From positions 186,001 to 250,000 of the forward strand of contig NW_013657661.1 in the NCBI RefSeq assembly GCF_000142905.1: DNA of 64,000 bases. Reading direction: 5' to 3'. Of this stretch, positions 33,317 to 44,408 are shown piece after piece. Both the position numbers and the translations under genes were made by a program. The DNA comes from Thecamonas trahens ATCC 50062. Taxonomy: Eukaryota > Protista > Apusomonadida. The notes beneath the pieces are model-generated. The model saw only the letters and a program-made list of their open reading frames with translations, was not told the origin of the DNA and searched no databases. Each line of letters begins with the position of its first letter. The first letter of the stretch is position 1.

Positions 33317-35548
33317 ATGCTGCGACGCGTCGTCGGCGTGGCGGCGCAGAGCATGCAGTTGCGGGCGCGGTGGTGGGCGTGGCGAGCAGGAGAAGGTGTG
33401 GCAAGACGTGGAGGCACAGGTGTGGTTGTCAGGGAAGCAGGGGAGGGCGCGGGGCGTGGGCTTGCGGTGATGGCGACGGTCCGCGGGGTGGGCCGGGTCC
33501 CGGGATGGGGCTGGCAGTTGGCGAGGGCCAAGAGCTCGTCGGCGGTGCGGCGGCAGCCGCACGTGATCGAGAGCACCGGGAGCGGGAGCAGCAGCGGGAG
33601 CAGTAGCAGTGGTGGGCTGGGCGCGATGCCGACGTTTGTCTCGTCGCACTACCGGCTCTCGGACTCTGACGTGACGTCGTACCTCAGCCGCAAGGGTCTG
33701 GTATTCCGGGAGACGCCTGGCGAGATCAACGTCAAGGCGTGCCCGTTCTGCAAGGGCAACGTGGGGCGGGTGGACAACCAGTGGAAGCTATACTTTAAGC
33801 GGTCGGACGGGGCGTGCTTCTGTCATCGGTGCGGGTTCAAGGGCTCGTGGTTCGACTTTAAGGCCAAGATGGGCGACGTGCGCCCGGCGGAGCAGGCGAG
33901 GCCCGGGCCGACGTCGACGCTGGACGCGTCTGCAAGCTTGAGTGGAGGAGGAGGAGCGAGCGAGGCGGCCAAGAGCAAGAAGGCTGGAGTGGGCGCGGCG
34001 GCGGCGCGTGCGGCGGCGCGCGGACTCGATCTCCGTGCGCTACAGCAGTACCCGCGTTCGCTGGGCAAGTCGCCGCGGGCGCTCAAGTACCTGACTGAGG
34101 AGCGCGGGTTGAGTGTGGAGACGCTGCAAAAGTACTCGGTCGGCGTTGCGACGTATGGGTTTCCCAAGGATCCGAGCGCCGGCGACGGTGGCGGGTGGCA
34201 GGACCACGAGTGTGTTACATTTCCGTGGGTGGCGCCGAGCGGGCGCGACGGCGCGCTTGCGGCGACGCGGATCAAGGTGCGGGCGCTGAGTGCCAAGCAC
34301 TTGCAGCGGCTGGATCCCAAGGGCGGCGGCTGGTCGCTGTTTGGGTGGCAGACGGTGCCGGACGAGGCGCGCGAACTTGTCGTGACCGAGGGCGAGTATG
34401 ATGCGATGGCAGTTTGGCAGGCGACGGGGCGGCCTGCGGTGTCACTGCCAAACGGGGCGCGGTCGCTGCCTGTGGAGGTACTTCCGATGCTGGAGCGGTT
34501 TGAGCGGATTGTGCTGTGGATGGACGACGACATGGCGGGTATGGAGGGTGCAGAGAAGCTTGCGCGCAAGCTGGGTGTGGAGCGGACGTACCTGGTGCGG
34601 CCGTCGGGCTGTCCAGCAGTTGTGGAGGCTGTGGCCGCGAGCGGCGGCAAGCTGCCGAAGGACGCCAATGACGCGCTGCGGGCTGGGCTTGACATGGACG
34701 CGCTTGTTGTCTCTGCAGCGCGAATGCCGCACAAGCAGATTGTGGAGTTTTCGGACTTGCGGTCCGAGATTCTGACGGAGCTCTCGAACCCGGAGCAGGC
34801 GTGCGGGGTGCAGTCGAGGACGCTGCCTGCCCTCAACAAGGTTCTCAAGGGCCACCGCAAGGGTGAGCTCACGATTCTGACGGGGCCGACGGGTGCGGGC
34901 AAGACCTCGATTCTGTCACAGCTTTCGCTCGACTATGCGGCGCAGGGTGTGCCGACGCTCTGGGGTTCGTTTGAGCTCTCGAACGTGCGCTTGGTGAAGA
35001 AGATGATGCAACAACTGGCGTCGCTTCCGCTCGAGCACCACCTCGACCAGTTTGATTACTGGGCTGATGCGTTCGAGGCGCTCCCGATGCACTTTATGAA
35101 GTTTTTCGGCTCGTCGGACATCCACGCAGTGCTTGACGCGATGGAGTACGCGGTGTATGTCAACGATGTGGAGCACATTGTGCTGGACAACCTGCAGTTT
35201 ATGCACTCGGGCCAGGGCAAGGGCTTTGAGCGGTTCGAGCTGCTAGACAAGTCGATCGAGGCGCTCCGCAAGTTTGCCACTGAGCACAACGTCCACATCT
35301 CGCTTGTGGTCCATCCGCGCAAGGTCGACGACGACACGCTTCTCAACACCTCGTCAGTGTTTGGGACGGCCAAGGCGACGCAGGAGGCCGACAACGTCAT
35401 CATCATCCAGCGCGGCAAAAAGTACACGTACCTGGACATTCGCAAGAACCGGTTCGACGGTGATCTCGGCATTGTCCCGTACACCTTTGACAAGTCGACG
35501 TGCAAGATCCGTGAGCTCGACGCCGACGCGATGAGCCACTTTTCGTAG
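33317..35548 (+). CDS. TWNK: Twinkle mitochondrial primase-helicase
   Basis: Arg-rich presequence; CPFC/CHRC zinc finger; TOPRIM motifs TEGEYD, DDD, KDAND; helicase motifs GPTGAGKT, GSFE, DNLQF, HPRK, QEADNV, KNRFDG. Confidence 0.93.
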   Translation: MLRRVVGVAAQSMQLRARWWAWRAGEGVARRGGTGVVVREAGEGAGRGLAVMATVRGVGRVPGWGWQLARAKSSSAVRRQPHVIESTGSGSSSGSSSSGGLGAMPTFVSSHYRLSDSDVTSYLSRKGLVFRETPGEINVKACPFCKGNVGRVDNQWKLYFKRSDGACFCHRCGFKGSWFDFKAKMGDVRPAEQARPGPTSTLDASASLSGGGGASEAAKSKKAGVGAAAARAAARGLDLRALQQYPRSLGKSPRALKYLTEERGLSVETLQKYSVGVATYGFPKDPSAGDGGGWQDHECVTFPWVAPSGRDGALAATRIKVRALSAKHLQRLDPKGGGWSLFGWQTVPDEARELVVTEGEYDAMAVWQATGRPAVSLPNGARSLPVEVLPMLERFERIVLWMDDDMAGMEGAEKLARKLGVERTYLVRPSGCPAVVEAVAASGGKLPKDANDALRAGLDMDALVVSAARMPHKQIVEFSDLRSEILTELSNPEQACGVQSRTLPALNKVLKGHRKGELTILTGPTGAGKTSILSQLSLDYAAQGVPTLWGSFELSNVRLVKKMMQQLASLPLEHHLDQFDYWADAFEALPMHFMKFFGSSDIHAVLDAMEYAVYVNDVEHIVLDNLQFMHSGQGKGFERFELLDKSIEALRKFATEHNVHISLVVHPRKVDDDTLLNTSSVFGTAKATQEADNVIIIQRGKKYTYLDIRKNRFDGDLGIVPYTFDKSTCKIRELDADAMSHFS

Positions 35549-35599
35549 CAACAAGCGATGCGAGTACAGCAAAGTGCCACGAGTACTGCTACAGCTAAG

Positions 35600-36405
35600 T
35601 TAGCAGCACTTTTTCTTGTCCGAGCCGGACTTGGCGGCGGAGTCGTCGTCGAGACGGACGGTGCTGGTGGAGGCGGTGGGGGTGGGGGTGGAGGCGGGCG
35701 AGCCGTTGGCAGAGGCGGTCATAGCGTCAAAGCCAAAGACGCCAACGCCGATGTGGTTGAAGATGTCCATGACGTTGTCGCCGGTCTTTGCCGAGGCCTC
35801 GATGTGCAATGCGTCGATCGAAGTGGCGTACTCGCGGGCGGCGTCAAGGGTGACCTCGCGGGCATCGGGGGCCAGATCGAGCTTGGAGCCGACAAGGACT
35901 TTGAAGCAGCCGTCCTTGGCCGACGCCAGGAGATCCATGTATGCATCGAGGGCGTGCAGCGAGTCGGCCTTGGTCACGTCGTAGACCAGGATTGCGGCGC
36001 CGGCGCCGCGGCAGTAGAACGCCGACAGCGACTTGTACCGCTCCTGGCCGGCGGTGTCCCACACCCCAAACCGACGCCCATGCCAAGTCTTGAGGGTAAA
36101 GGCGGCGCCAATGGTCGACTGCGGGCGGAGGTGCGTGAGCAGGGGGAGGGTGAGTGGCGCGTGTGGGTTGGCCGTCTTGGCCTCCGGGCGAAGGGAGGTG
36201 TGGGCAAGGCCGGCGGCGGCTGTGGACGAAAGGAGGCGGGAGCAGAGGGAGATGGAGGAAGAGGGTATGTGGGACGTCGTACCTGCGTCGGCTCAAAGGT
36301 GTCGTTGGCGTAGCGCTGGACCAGGGACGTCTTGCCCACACCCGACGCCCCAAGGAACACGATCTTGAGGTCGACGTGTTTGGAGGCAGCAGCGGCGGCG
36401 GCCAT
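35600..36405 (-). CDS. Rab GTPase, Rab20-like; exons 36283-36405 and 35600-36118
   Basis: GASGVGKT; GT-AG intron 36119-36282; STIGAAFTLKTW...WDTAGQE; YCRGA; C-terminal CC prenylation motif. Confidence 0.85.
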
Positions 36406-36531
36406 GGCTCAGCGACGGGTGTTCGGTGTTCAGTGGAGAACGAATGAATTCGGCTGCAAGGGGGGGGGGGGGCGGGCGGGAGAATAGCGTCTGGGATGTT
36501 TATGTTGTTGCCATCTACGCCACCCATTCGA

Positions 36532-38291
36532 TCATTCCATCTTGTTGGCCTCGAGAGCAGCCGTCTCTTCATCCTCGTGGATGGCAAAAGCGGCGGCGGT
36601 AAAAAGCGAGGTGGCGGTGCGGGGAGAGGGATCGGAGGAGGCCTGGCCCCGAGCAGGCGGCGGCGGAGGCCCGCCTGGCGGCGATGATGAGCGTGCGGCG
36701 GCGTCCGAGCGGCGCATGGGCTCGGTGACGCCTGCCAGCGGGATGTTGACCTCTGAGTCTGACGAGACGTCGTCGTTGTCGTCGTCAGCCTGTGTGTAAG
36801 CGTAGCGCATGTTGGAGACGGAGGGGCGCCAGATGGCACAGACGACCAGAAGGATGGCAAAGTAGATGAGCTCGTCAAAGGCGGTGAACATCCAGATGTA
36901 ACGCCACGAGTGCTTCTCGGATGAGCCAAGACCAAAGAGGGCGCGGACGGTGAGGAGGAGAAGCGAGATGCCGAGAGCCACGCCTAGTGCGATAGCAAAT
37001 GTCTTGTACATGAGCAATTTGACATATTGGCGACGCTTCTCGAGGTGGTGCATGCAGCGGGCGAGGGCGATAAAAGTCCAGTAGAAGAAGAGCGCGTTAG
37101 CAAGCGACTGCGGGACGACGACGGCGACGGCAAAGGCAAGCGAGGGGCGGGCCGGGCCGGTGCGCGGAGCGAGGCGCGAGTGCAGGGAGTTGATGGCGTC
37201 GACAACGAAAAAGACGGCGCCGAGGCCAAAGACCTTGTACTTATCGGTGCCGAGAGAGGGCTTGACGACGCCGTAGCCCATCGAGACGGCGAGGACGAGC
37301 ATGCGCGACAGCGTCTCCTTGCACGCGTTGCAGAGAATGCCAAAGACGGCGGTGACAAGGTTCGCGCGCCCGACCTTGTTGTACTCCCACAGGTCAAAGT
37401 AGCGGAAGGTGAGCTCAAGCATGCCAAGGAAGATGACCGAGGCGATACAGTGCTGGAGCGCGAGCGACGACGACCAGTTGGCGAGAGTAAAGCCGGCCCA
37501 AACAAAGCCCAGCACAATGTATGTGAGGCAGAGAATGCCAAAGAACGGAAGCAGGTGGTACTGTTGCGCCGGGATGTAGCCAAACGAGTTGCGCGAGACA
37601 ACTTCGCCGGTGAGGATGAGCGGCGGGTCCTGGCCGTCGACCGGGCACTGCGCCACCAGGACGTGCCACCAATCGGTCCGGGCCACGCCGACGTGCAGAT
37701 ACAAGTCGGAGAGCCCAGGCGGGACAAAGGCGACCGACTTGCGCCCTGACTTGCACGGATCGTTCTCTACCGTCGCGTCCATCACGTCGTCGTTTCGGAC
37801 AAAGATGAGCATGACTGATCCGTTGTTCGGCGACTCGTTGAGAACCTTTCCACGGAGCTCGACGTACGGTATGTCGTCACCCCATGGCGTGTCGTGCAGC
37901 GCAAACATGGCCACCTCCTGGACCGGAATCGACATCAGCGGCTCGGTCTACGCTCGTCCGCCCACACCCGAGTGTATGTGCGTCCACGTGAGTACCTGCC
38001 GCCACTCGCACCACTCGCTGCACATGACCAGTGGGAGTAGCCCTTCTGCATCAAAGCAGTCTACCGCGGCAGTCTGTGGTGGCTGCGTGCCGTGGCGAGC
38101 GTGCTCTTTGTGCAGAAGAGGTGAGGAACATCGGCTGAGAAGGCGGCTTCGCGCGCCCGCGGCGCACAACAGCCTTGCGAAGCAACGCAATGCAGCCTAC
38201 GTACTTTGGTCTTGAGGTCAACGATTTCCGCGTGTGCGGCCAGGGCCAGGGCGGCCACCACGAGCACAGTCAGCAGTGGGGAGTGCAGCAT
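36532..38291 (-). CDS. TMEM87/GPR107-type (Lung-7TM) protein; signal-peptide exon 38205-38291, main exon ending ~37947, middle exon uncertain
   Basis: GYIPA, LQHCI, KETLSRMLVLAVSMGYGVVKP, IWRPSVSNMRYAY; seven hydrophobic helices. Confidence 0.85.
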
Positions 38292-38571
38292 GCTGTGTGT
38301 GTGTGTGCGCGTGCGTGCGCGTGTGGAGGGGGGTGGGAGTGCGGTGGGTGGCAGCTTGGTTTTGGTGGTCGGTTGGCTGGTTCGGCTTGCCACCTTGGCG
38401 AGTTGCGGCTGGCTGGCTGGTGTGTATGTCACGCGATGGGGGAAATTGGGTTCTTTGCCCAGGACGGGCGGAGCAGAACGGGGCGAGGCGTGGGTGAGGG
38501 TCTAGACAGACCTCTCTCTGCGGGCCTCCCACCCCTTCCCACCTCCTTGTCTCCACACGTTTGCGCAGACG

Positions 38572-39405
38572 ATGCTCAAGGTACTTATCGTTGTTGCCGC
38601 TGTGGCGGCGGTGTGGCTCTGCGGCGTTGCAAACGCCGGGAGCGGCTCTGGGGGCGAGCGGGGGATGCTGACGGGCGAGAGTGGACGGCTTGATGGCTCG
38701 GACGGGTACGACATGTACGCGTTTGCGCAGTTTTGGACTGGCTCGACGTGCAACCTGCCGACGGGCTCGTCCAAGGATGCGGTGTCGTGCCGGTACGCGC
38801 CGGGTCCGCTCCCGTCGCCGGCGTTTGAGGTCCACGGCCTGTGGCCGACGTTTGAGTCGGGCGCAAAGTCGCCGATGTTTTGCAACAAGACGGCGCAGTT
38901 CAATGCCAAGGAGCTGACGCCAGTGCGGACGCTCATGGACGTGTTCTGGGCGTCGATGAACGGAGGCCCTTCCGAGCACTTTTGGGAGCACGAGTGGGAC
39001 AAGCACGGGACGTGCACCCAGCTGCCGGCCGGCAAGCAGGCCGGGGCGCACCCGACCCAGCTCGAGTACTTCTCGACGGTGCTGGGCTTGCGGCTGGAGA
39101 TGGACATGGGCGCACTCTTTGCGTCGTGCGGCATCACGCCGACGTTCAAGCCGGCATACACCGTGGCCCAGATGGTCGAGTGCCTCGACGAGACTCTCGG
39201 CGTCTCGGATGCGCTCATCTCGTGCTCTCACGCCGCCGACGGCGTCCTCCAGCTCAACGAGGTCTGGCTCTCAATGGATCTGGACCTTGAGCTGATCGAC
39301 ACGCCACCGTCGTACCACACCATCTACTACCCGACCATGGGCTGCAAGCTCAACGACGTTGTCGCGCTCCCGCCGTTTACCGACCCGCTACGTGCGTCGT
39401 CGTAG
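38572..39405 (+). CDS. Secreted ribonuclease T2
   Basis: Signal peptide; CAS I (FEVHGLWP) and CAS II (FWEHEWDKHGTC). Confidence 0.95.
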   Translation: MLKVLIVVAAVAAVWLCGVANAGSGSGGERGMLTGESGRLDGSDGYDMYAFAQFWTGSTCNLPTGSSKDAVSCRYAPGPLPSPAFEVHGLWPTFESGAKSPMFCNKTAQFNAKELTPVRTLMDVFWASMNGGPSEHFWEHEWDKHGTCTQLPAGKQAGAHPTQLEYFSTVLGLRLEMDMGALFASCGITPTFKPAYTVAQMVECLDETLGVSDALISCSHAADGVLQLNEVWLSMDLDLELIDTPPSYHTIYYPTMGCKLNDVVALPPFTDPLRASS

Positions 39406-40234
39406 GCGGCCTGCGCTGTGGCGGCTATCGTCTTTTGCGGGTGTTGCGCAGCAGTGCGTGGCGGTCGTAGAAAGGTGTCCTCCTTCGGCCGGCGTGTGAC
39501 TTGCCGATGTCCCCCCTTCCTTCTTCTCCCTTCCCCCTCCTCCCTCCCCCCCCCTGGGTTGTGCGGCTTCCCCCTTCCCCCTCTTCCCCTCCCTCCCCGC
39601 TCTCACATGTAGCCTGTAGCGAGGATAGCGATGATTAGTTGCGACAGCACTACCGTGTGCGTCTGTGCCGTCGTGGTCAACGTGTTGTTTTTGTCGTGGG
39701 ACCATTGCGTGTACTGCGTGTGATTGAGTGATTGATTGAAGTCGCTGCCGTTGCCGTTGCTGTTGCTCATGTCGGCTGTGCGAGTTGTTCCTTGTCTTGT
39801 TTGGGTTGGATCCGATCGCGGTCAGTAAGGCCATGATGGCTCGAGTCGCAGGCCCTTTAGCTGAGGGTGGCAGTGGGAGGGAAGGAAAAGTGCGGCCAAT
39901 TATTGTGGAGCGACGCGTCAGAAGGAGGAGCCGCCGCGAACAATGTCCAACCATGTGACCTGCAGCGCACTGCCAATTACAGCGGTGCGATCCGGCAGCG
40001 ACGCGACGACAGCGCTCGGTCGGCCGTGGGTACGCAGCGGCCAAAGGCAGTCAGACTCAACTTGCGACAAGCAGCAGACAGGCGTGTTGGGAGCAAGCAC
40101 AAGTACGCACGTTTGCAAAGCAGGAGCAGACGGTTGGTTGCGCTCAGCAGAATAGAAGCGCAAGGAAGAGACTGGACCAGGAGTGACCGAGGCACTTGTT
40201 GGTAGAAGGAAGACCAAGCGTGGGAAGCGAGACT

Positions 40235-41887
40235 ATGTCGTCTGACAACGGGCCTCCACCGTTCATGATGCAGCTGGAGACGCCACCGGGAGGCTCGCTG
40301 GGCTCTGCGGGCGTCTCTGGCGGGCGCAGCATGGGGCGCGAGGCGCTGGCCTCGTTTGAGCTCGACGACCTGCCGTTTGCCGACGACAATGACATGTTTG
40401 CGCGGCTCAAGTTCTCGGGCGCCTCGCCGTCGCTACAGTCGAACGGGTCCGAGTCGGGCATCGGCGCGGCTGTGGCTGCCGCGGCCATGCGGGCGGCGGC
40501 GGTTGACTCGCACGAGTACTCGCACATTCCGACCATGGCGCCCGGCAGCGTGGCACCAGGCCTGCCTACGCTTGCGCCGCAGCTGGTGCCCGAGGCCGAG
40601 GACTCGCTCTCGGCCCACATGCAGGATATGGAGCTCAACTCGTCGCGGCCGCCGACGCTGTGGGCGCAGCAGCGGCGTGGCAGCGAGGGTGCGGGCGCGG
40701 GCGTAGCAGGCGGGGTGAGCGGGGTGAGCGGGGTGAGCCTGGCGGCTGGCACCGGGGTCTCGCTTGACTCGACGGGTGCGTACCTAGGCATGCTCAGCTC
40801 ACCGCTCATGCTCCAGTCAATGTCGTACCCGCCGCCGCTGTCAACGGGTTGGACGCCACCGGGCGGGCAACCAGGATCGGGTGGGCTTGTCGCTGGCGAC
40901 CTAGATCGCATTCCAATGCCGCCGCCGCCGACCGGCCCGCTCGCTGGCATGGGCCAACTCCCAGTTCCGCCTCCAGGCGCGGGAGGGGCGGGAGGGGCGG
41001 GAGGGGCGGGAGGCGCGCCGGGCGGCTCTGGTCCGCCTCCGTCGTCGGCGCCGCCGGCGAAAAGTGCTGGAAGTGCCGCGTCGCCGTCGGGCACGTGGCA
41101 GCCACAGCTGACGAAGGAGGCCCTGTTCAAGGCCAAGTCGAGCGGGAGTGGCGCCAAGGCCAAGGGCTCGGCGTCGGCAAGCAGCAAGTCGGGCGGCAAG
41201 AAGAAGAAGGGCTCGAAGGCCCGCGGAAGCGGCAAGAAGAAGACATCGCAAAAGGCCAACATGGAGTTCCTCGCTCTCCATCCCGACGACGAGCGGCTCC
41301 TCCCGCCGCGTAAGACCGACAAGGCTGTCCGCCCGACAGATCCCAAGCTGCTCGGCCTGTGGCGGAAGGAGAACCACAATGAGGTCGAGCGGCGGCGGCG
41401 GCTCTTTATCAATCGCCTCCTTCTTCAGCTCCAGCAGGCTATCCCAGTCCTGCGTCCACTCAAGCGCTCGTCCAAGGTTGTGGTCCTTTCGTCGGCGCTC
41501 GAGCACATCGAGCGGCAAAAGTCTGACATTGAGGACCTGATGGAGGAGAACGAGGCGCTGCGCGAGCTCGCACTCTCGCTCGGTGCCGCCCCGGACGCAC
41601 TGCCAGAGCCCGTCGTTCTGGCCTCAAGCGACGACGACCCGACAACACACCCAGTCATCTCCAAGCGCCGCCGCAAGCGCCGTGTCTTTACCATGGAGGG
41701 CAATCCTGTTGAGGATAACGTCGCCGACGACGTCTCACCAGACGACGCCGCGGACGAGGAGTCTGGCAGCGATTCGGGGCGTGGCGACGTCGACGATGGC
41801 AAGACTGCTGCCCAGCGGCGTGCCGAGCGTGCCCGCAAGCGTGCGCGGGTCAACACCGTGGACGATAATGTGCATAACAAATCCTGA
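40235..41887 (+). CDS. bHLH-leucine zipper transcription factor (Myc/Max/Mlx-type basic region)
   Basis: RKENHNEVERRRR...LQQAIP...SKVVVLSSALEHI followed by heptad leucines. Confidence 0.85.
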   Translation: MSSDNGPPPFMMQLETPPGGSLGSAGVSGGRSMGREALASFELDDLPFADDNDMFARLKFSGASPSLQSNGSESGIGAAVAAAAMRAAAVDSHEYSHIPTMAPGSVAPGLPTLAPQLVPEAEDSLSAHMQDMELNSSRPPTLWAQQRRGSEGAGAGVAGGVSGVSGVSLAAGTGVSLDSTGAYLGMLSSPLMLQSMSYPPPLSTGWTPPGGQPGSGGLVAGDLDRIPMPPPPTGPLAGMGQLPVPPPGAGGAGGAGGAGGAPGGSGPPPSSAPPAKSAGSAASPSGTWQPQLTKEALFKAKSSGSGAKAKGSASASSKSGGKKKKGSKARGSGKKKTSQKANMEFLALHPDDERLLPPRKTDKAVRPTDPKLLGLWRKENHNEVERRRRLFINRLLLQLQQAIPVLRPLKRSSKVVVLSSALEHIERQKSDIEDLMEENEALRELALSLGAAPDALPEPVVLASSDDDPTTHPVISKRRRKRRVFTMEGNPVEDNVADDVSPDDAADEESGSDSGRGDVDDGKTAAQRRAERARKRARVNTVDDNVHNKS

Positions 41888-42049
41888 ACAGTGTTGCGCC
41901 CCGGTAGGTCACTTTTGAGGTTGTAGGTGCTACAGGGAGGGAGGTGTGAGCCGAGCCTGTGCGCGTGGATACTGGAGAGGTAGCGGTGAGCGACGAGGAG
42001 CGGTGCTCTTCTCTCTTTCAGCTTGAGGCTTCATCCTTTTTCGGCACCC

Positions 42050-42206
42050 GAAAACGCAAACGTATATTATAGAGGAAAATCTTATCTGAATGATTAAATA
42101 TGTTCATTTGATATAATGTTAATTGTATTACATGCAATAAAATAAAAAACAAGATCTGAACCATAGTAACATATAATAATTTACGTGTTTTTATATAAAT
42201 TTATAG
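42050..42206. other. AT-rich island
   Basis: About 160 bp of mostly A/T in a strongly GC-rich context. Confidence 0.9.
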
Positions 42207-42530
42207 CTGGGCAAGGAGACAACAGTTGAGGCTTGAGTTGTTCGCGGGATCGCCCCGAGCGAAACCGTCGCTGACGTCCCAGGGCAGCTCGTCATTGGCA
42301 CATAGATGGCATACACCGCCAGCAATGACTATGAACTATCTCCTCATGTGCTACTTGCTATTGAAAAAACCGAGATCGCGAGAAAACATGAAAAATGTGT
42401 TTCGCCAGCCAGCGCATGGCGCTGCTCGCCCAGCAACCCACTGGGTACACCCCTGCCTCATGCCTGGTTGTTTGTTCAATCTCAGCCAGCTGCTAGCCAC
42501 CAGGCATTCTCAACACCCGGATCATCCAGC

Positions 42531-44290
42531 TCAGTCCAGAAACACATCAAACACAACCTGCAGCAGCTTGACCTTGTGGCCTTCCGACTCGGTCTCATCC
42601 AAAACCGAGACCCGGACCTGACACTTGTGGGCTCGCCCCAGCTCGTCGTCATGCAACTGCAGCGGGATCATGACTGAGGCCATGACTGACTGCTGGGCTT
42701 TGATGTGGCCGTCGATCTCCGTTGTGTCGCACCCGCAGCCGCCTACGCACTCAACGCGGGCACGGCCCATGTGCTCGAACGAGGTTAAGTACATGAGCGT
42801 CAGCTGGCCCTCCTTCCACTTGTCATCACCGACATCACCAGCATCAACCTCAAACACTACGTGGTTGCCAGGCTTCGTTCCGGCAAGCCCGAGCTTGTGG
42901 TTTGCGGTCTCATCCACGGCCTCAAAGCCGGACGACTCGACGATCTTTGCCGCCTTGTCGAAGGGATTCTTGCCCACCAGTCCGCTATCCCAGCGAAAGC
43001 ATGACGACAATGTTGGCCGCATCTCCTCATCAGTGAGAGTGAGTGGCGGTGCAAGCCATGGAGAGGCTGCCGGTGAGTCGGGGAGCCCGTGCGCTTGCCA
43101 CCGCGAGCGACGATTGTGCTGCTCCATTGCATGGACAAAGAAAAAGATCCACAGGTCGCGAAGCATTGCCGTTCCTCGCTCCGCGTTGGGTGGACCCCGA
43201 TGTCGTCCGGTTTGAGCATGTCGTGCCAGCCAAAGCCCTCAGTCTGCTGCGCCACAGCGTGGAAGAACGAGTTGCGGACCGAGAGCACAGCCAGGCCGTA
43301 GTACTCGGCGATGTCTGCAAACCGATCGTTCGGCACGTACGTCCGCTTCCGCGTCCGCACCGTCTCGGCCGTGTACAGTGGGAGCAAGTTGTCGTAGTTG
43401 AATGGCTTGTCCGAGCAGTAGGCGTCAAAGCCCTCGATGACATTTCGGCCGAGGACGCACCACCGGAACATGTTCCACAGAACCACCGGTGCTCCAGGCG
43501 ATTGCGTTTGCATATGCAGCAGCACGCGCTCGAGATGCTTCTCGTGTTCGATGCGGTTGATGATCGTAGACTCGAGCACGTACATGTCCATGTGGGGCAA
43601 GACAATCGACGTGCATCGCGCGTAGACATTAAGGGCTGAGCCGCCGATACCCGAGTTGATGATCTTGTGCTCGGCGTGCGGAAAGACGGCGCCTAGGCTC
43701 GCCTCAAACGCCTGAGTAAAGTACCCGTCCGCGGCGTCTTTGCCGCTAACAGCCCCACCGTACTGCGCCAAGTCCGCATCGTCGAGCGGTGACCGACCAG
43801 CGTAGGCGCCGACCACCGAGGAGCCCAGCAGCTGGATCTTGATCGGCTTGCCGCTCGCAGCCTTGTCCAGCAGCGCAAGCATCGCAGCCGGATTGCCAGC
43901 GTGCGCTACTGCGAGTTCCATCACCTCGCGGTCGAGAACAGGCTCCCATTCGTCAAGTACCGCCTCGATCCGTGCCTCCATGTTTGCCATGCCCGCCTTG
44001 GGCCTGCTCGACCCTCCGCCACCAGAGCCATGCATCGAACTGGAGCCCGGGCTCGGAGTGGGAGCTGGACTTAAACCCTCCGCCGGAGCAGGCGCGTGTG
44101 TTGGCGCGGGCTGAAACGTGTGCGCAGGCGCGTGGGTGTGCGTCGGAGGGTGCGCTGCCCCCGAGGGTACTGCCGCGTGGACCGCCACCACCCGCGGCGG
44201 CTGCATCACCATGTATCCCATGCCAAACATGACACCAGTCAGCACCACAACAGCCGCCCCACGGAGCAACTGTCTGCGCCGTCTGCTCAT
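42531..44290 (-). CDS. SGNH hydrolase-like type II membrane protein (copy A); frameshift at ~43190
   Basis: N-terminal TM anchor; LLGSSV (block I), NSGIGG (II), ESTIIN (III), DDIGVHP (V); C-terminal YLTSFEHMGRARVEC. The paralog shows that one C is missing. Confidence 0.75.
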
Positions 44291-44408
44291 GCTGCACAAG
44301 TGACGAGGAGTGGCTCGAGTACGTACCCGCCACCGCCGTCCAACGCCCAGGCGCGCGAGCACGGCCTCTCAACCTCTCTCGCCCTCGGTCCTTCATTCCC
44401 TGCACCGC

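Noticed and set aside
42088-42160. C/D box snoRNA (atgatta...ctga)
   Set aside because: Box C is imperfect, there is no terminal stem, and such motifs arise by chance in AT-rich DNA.
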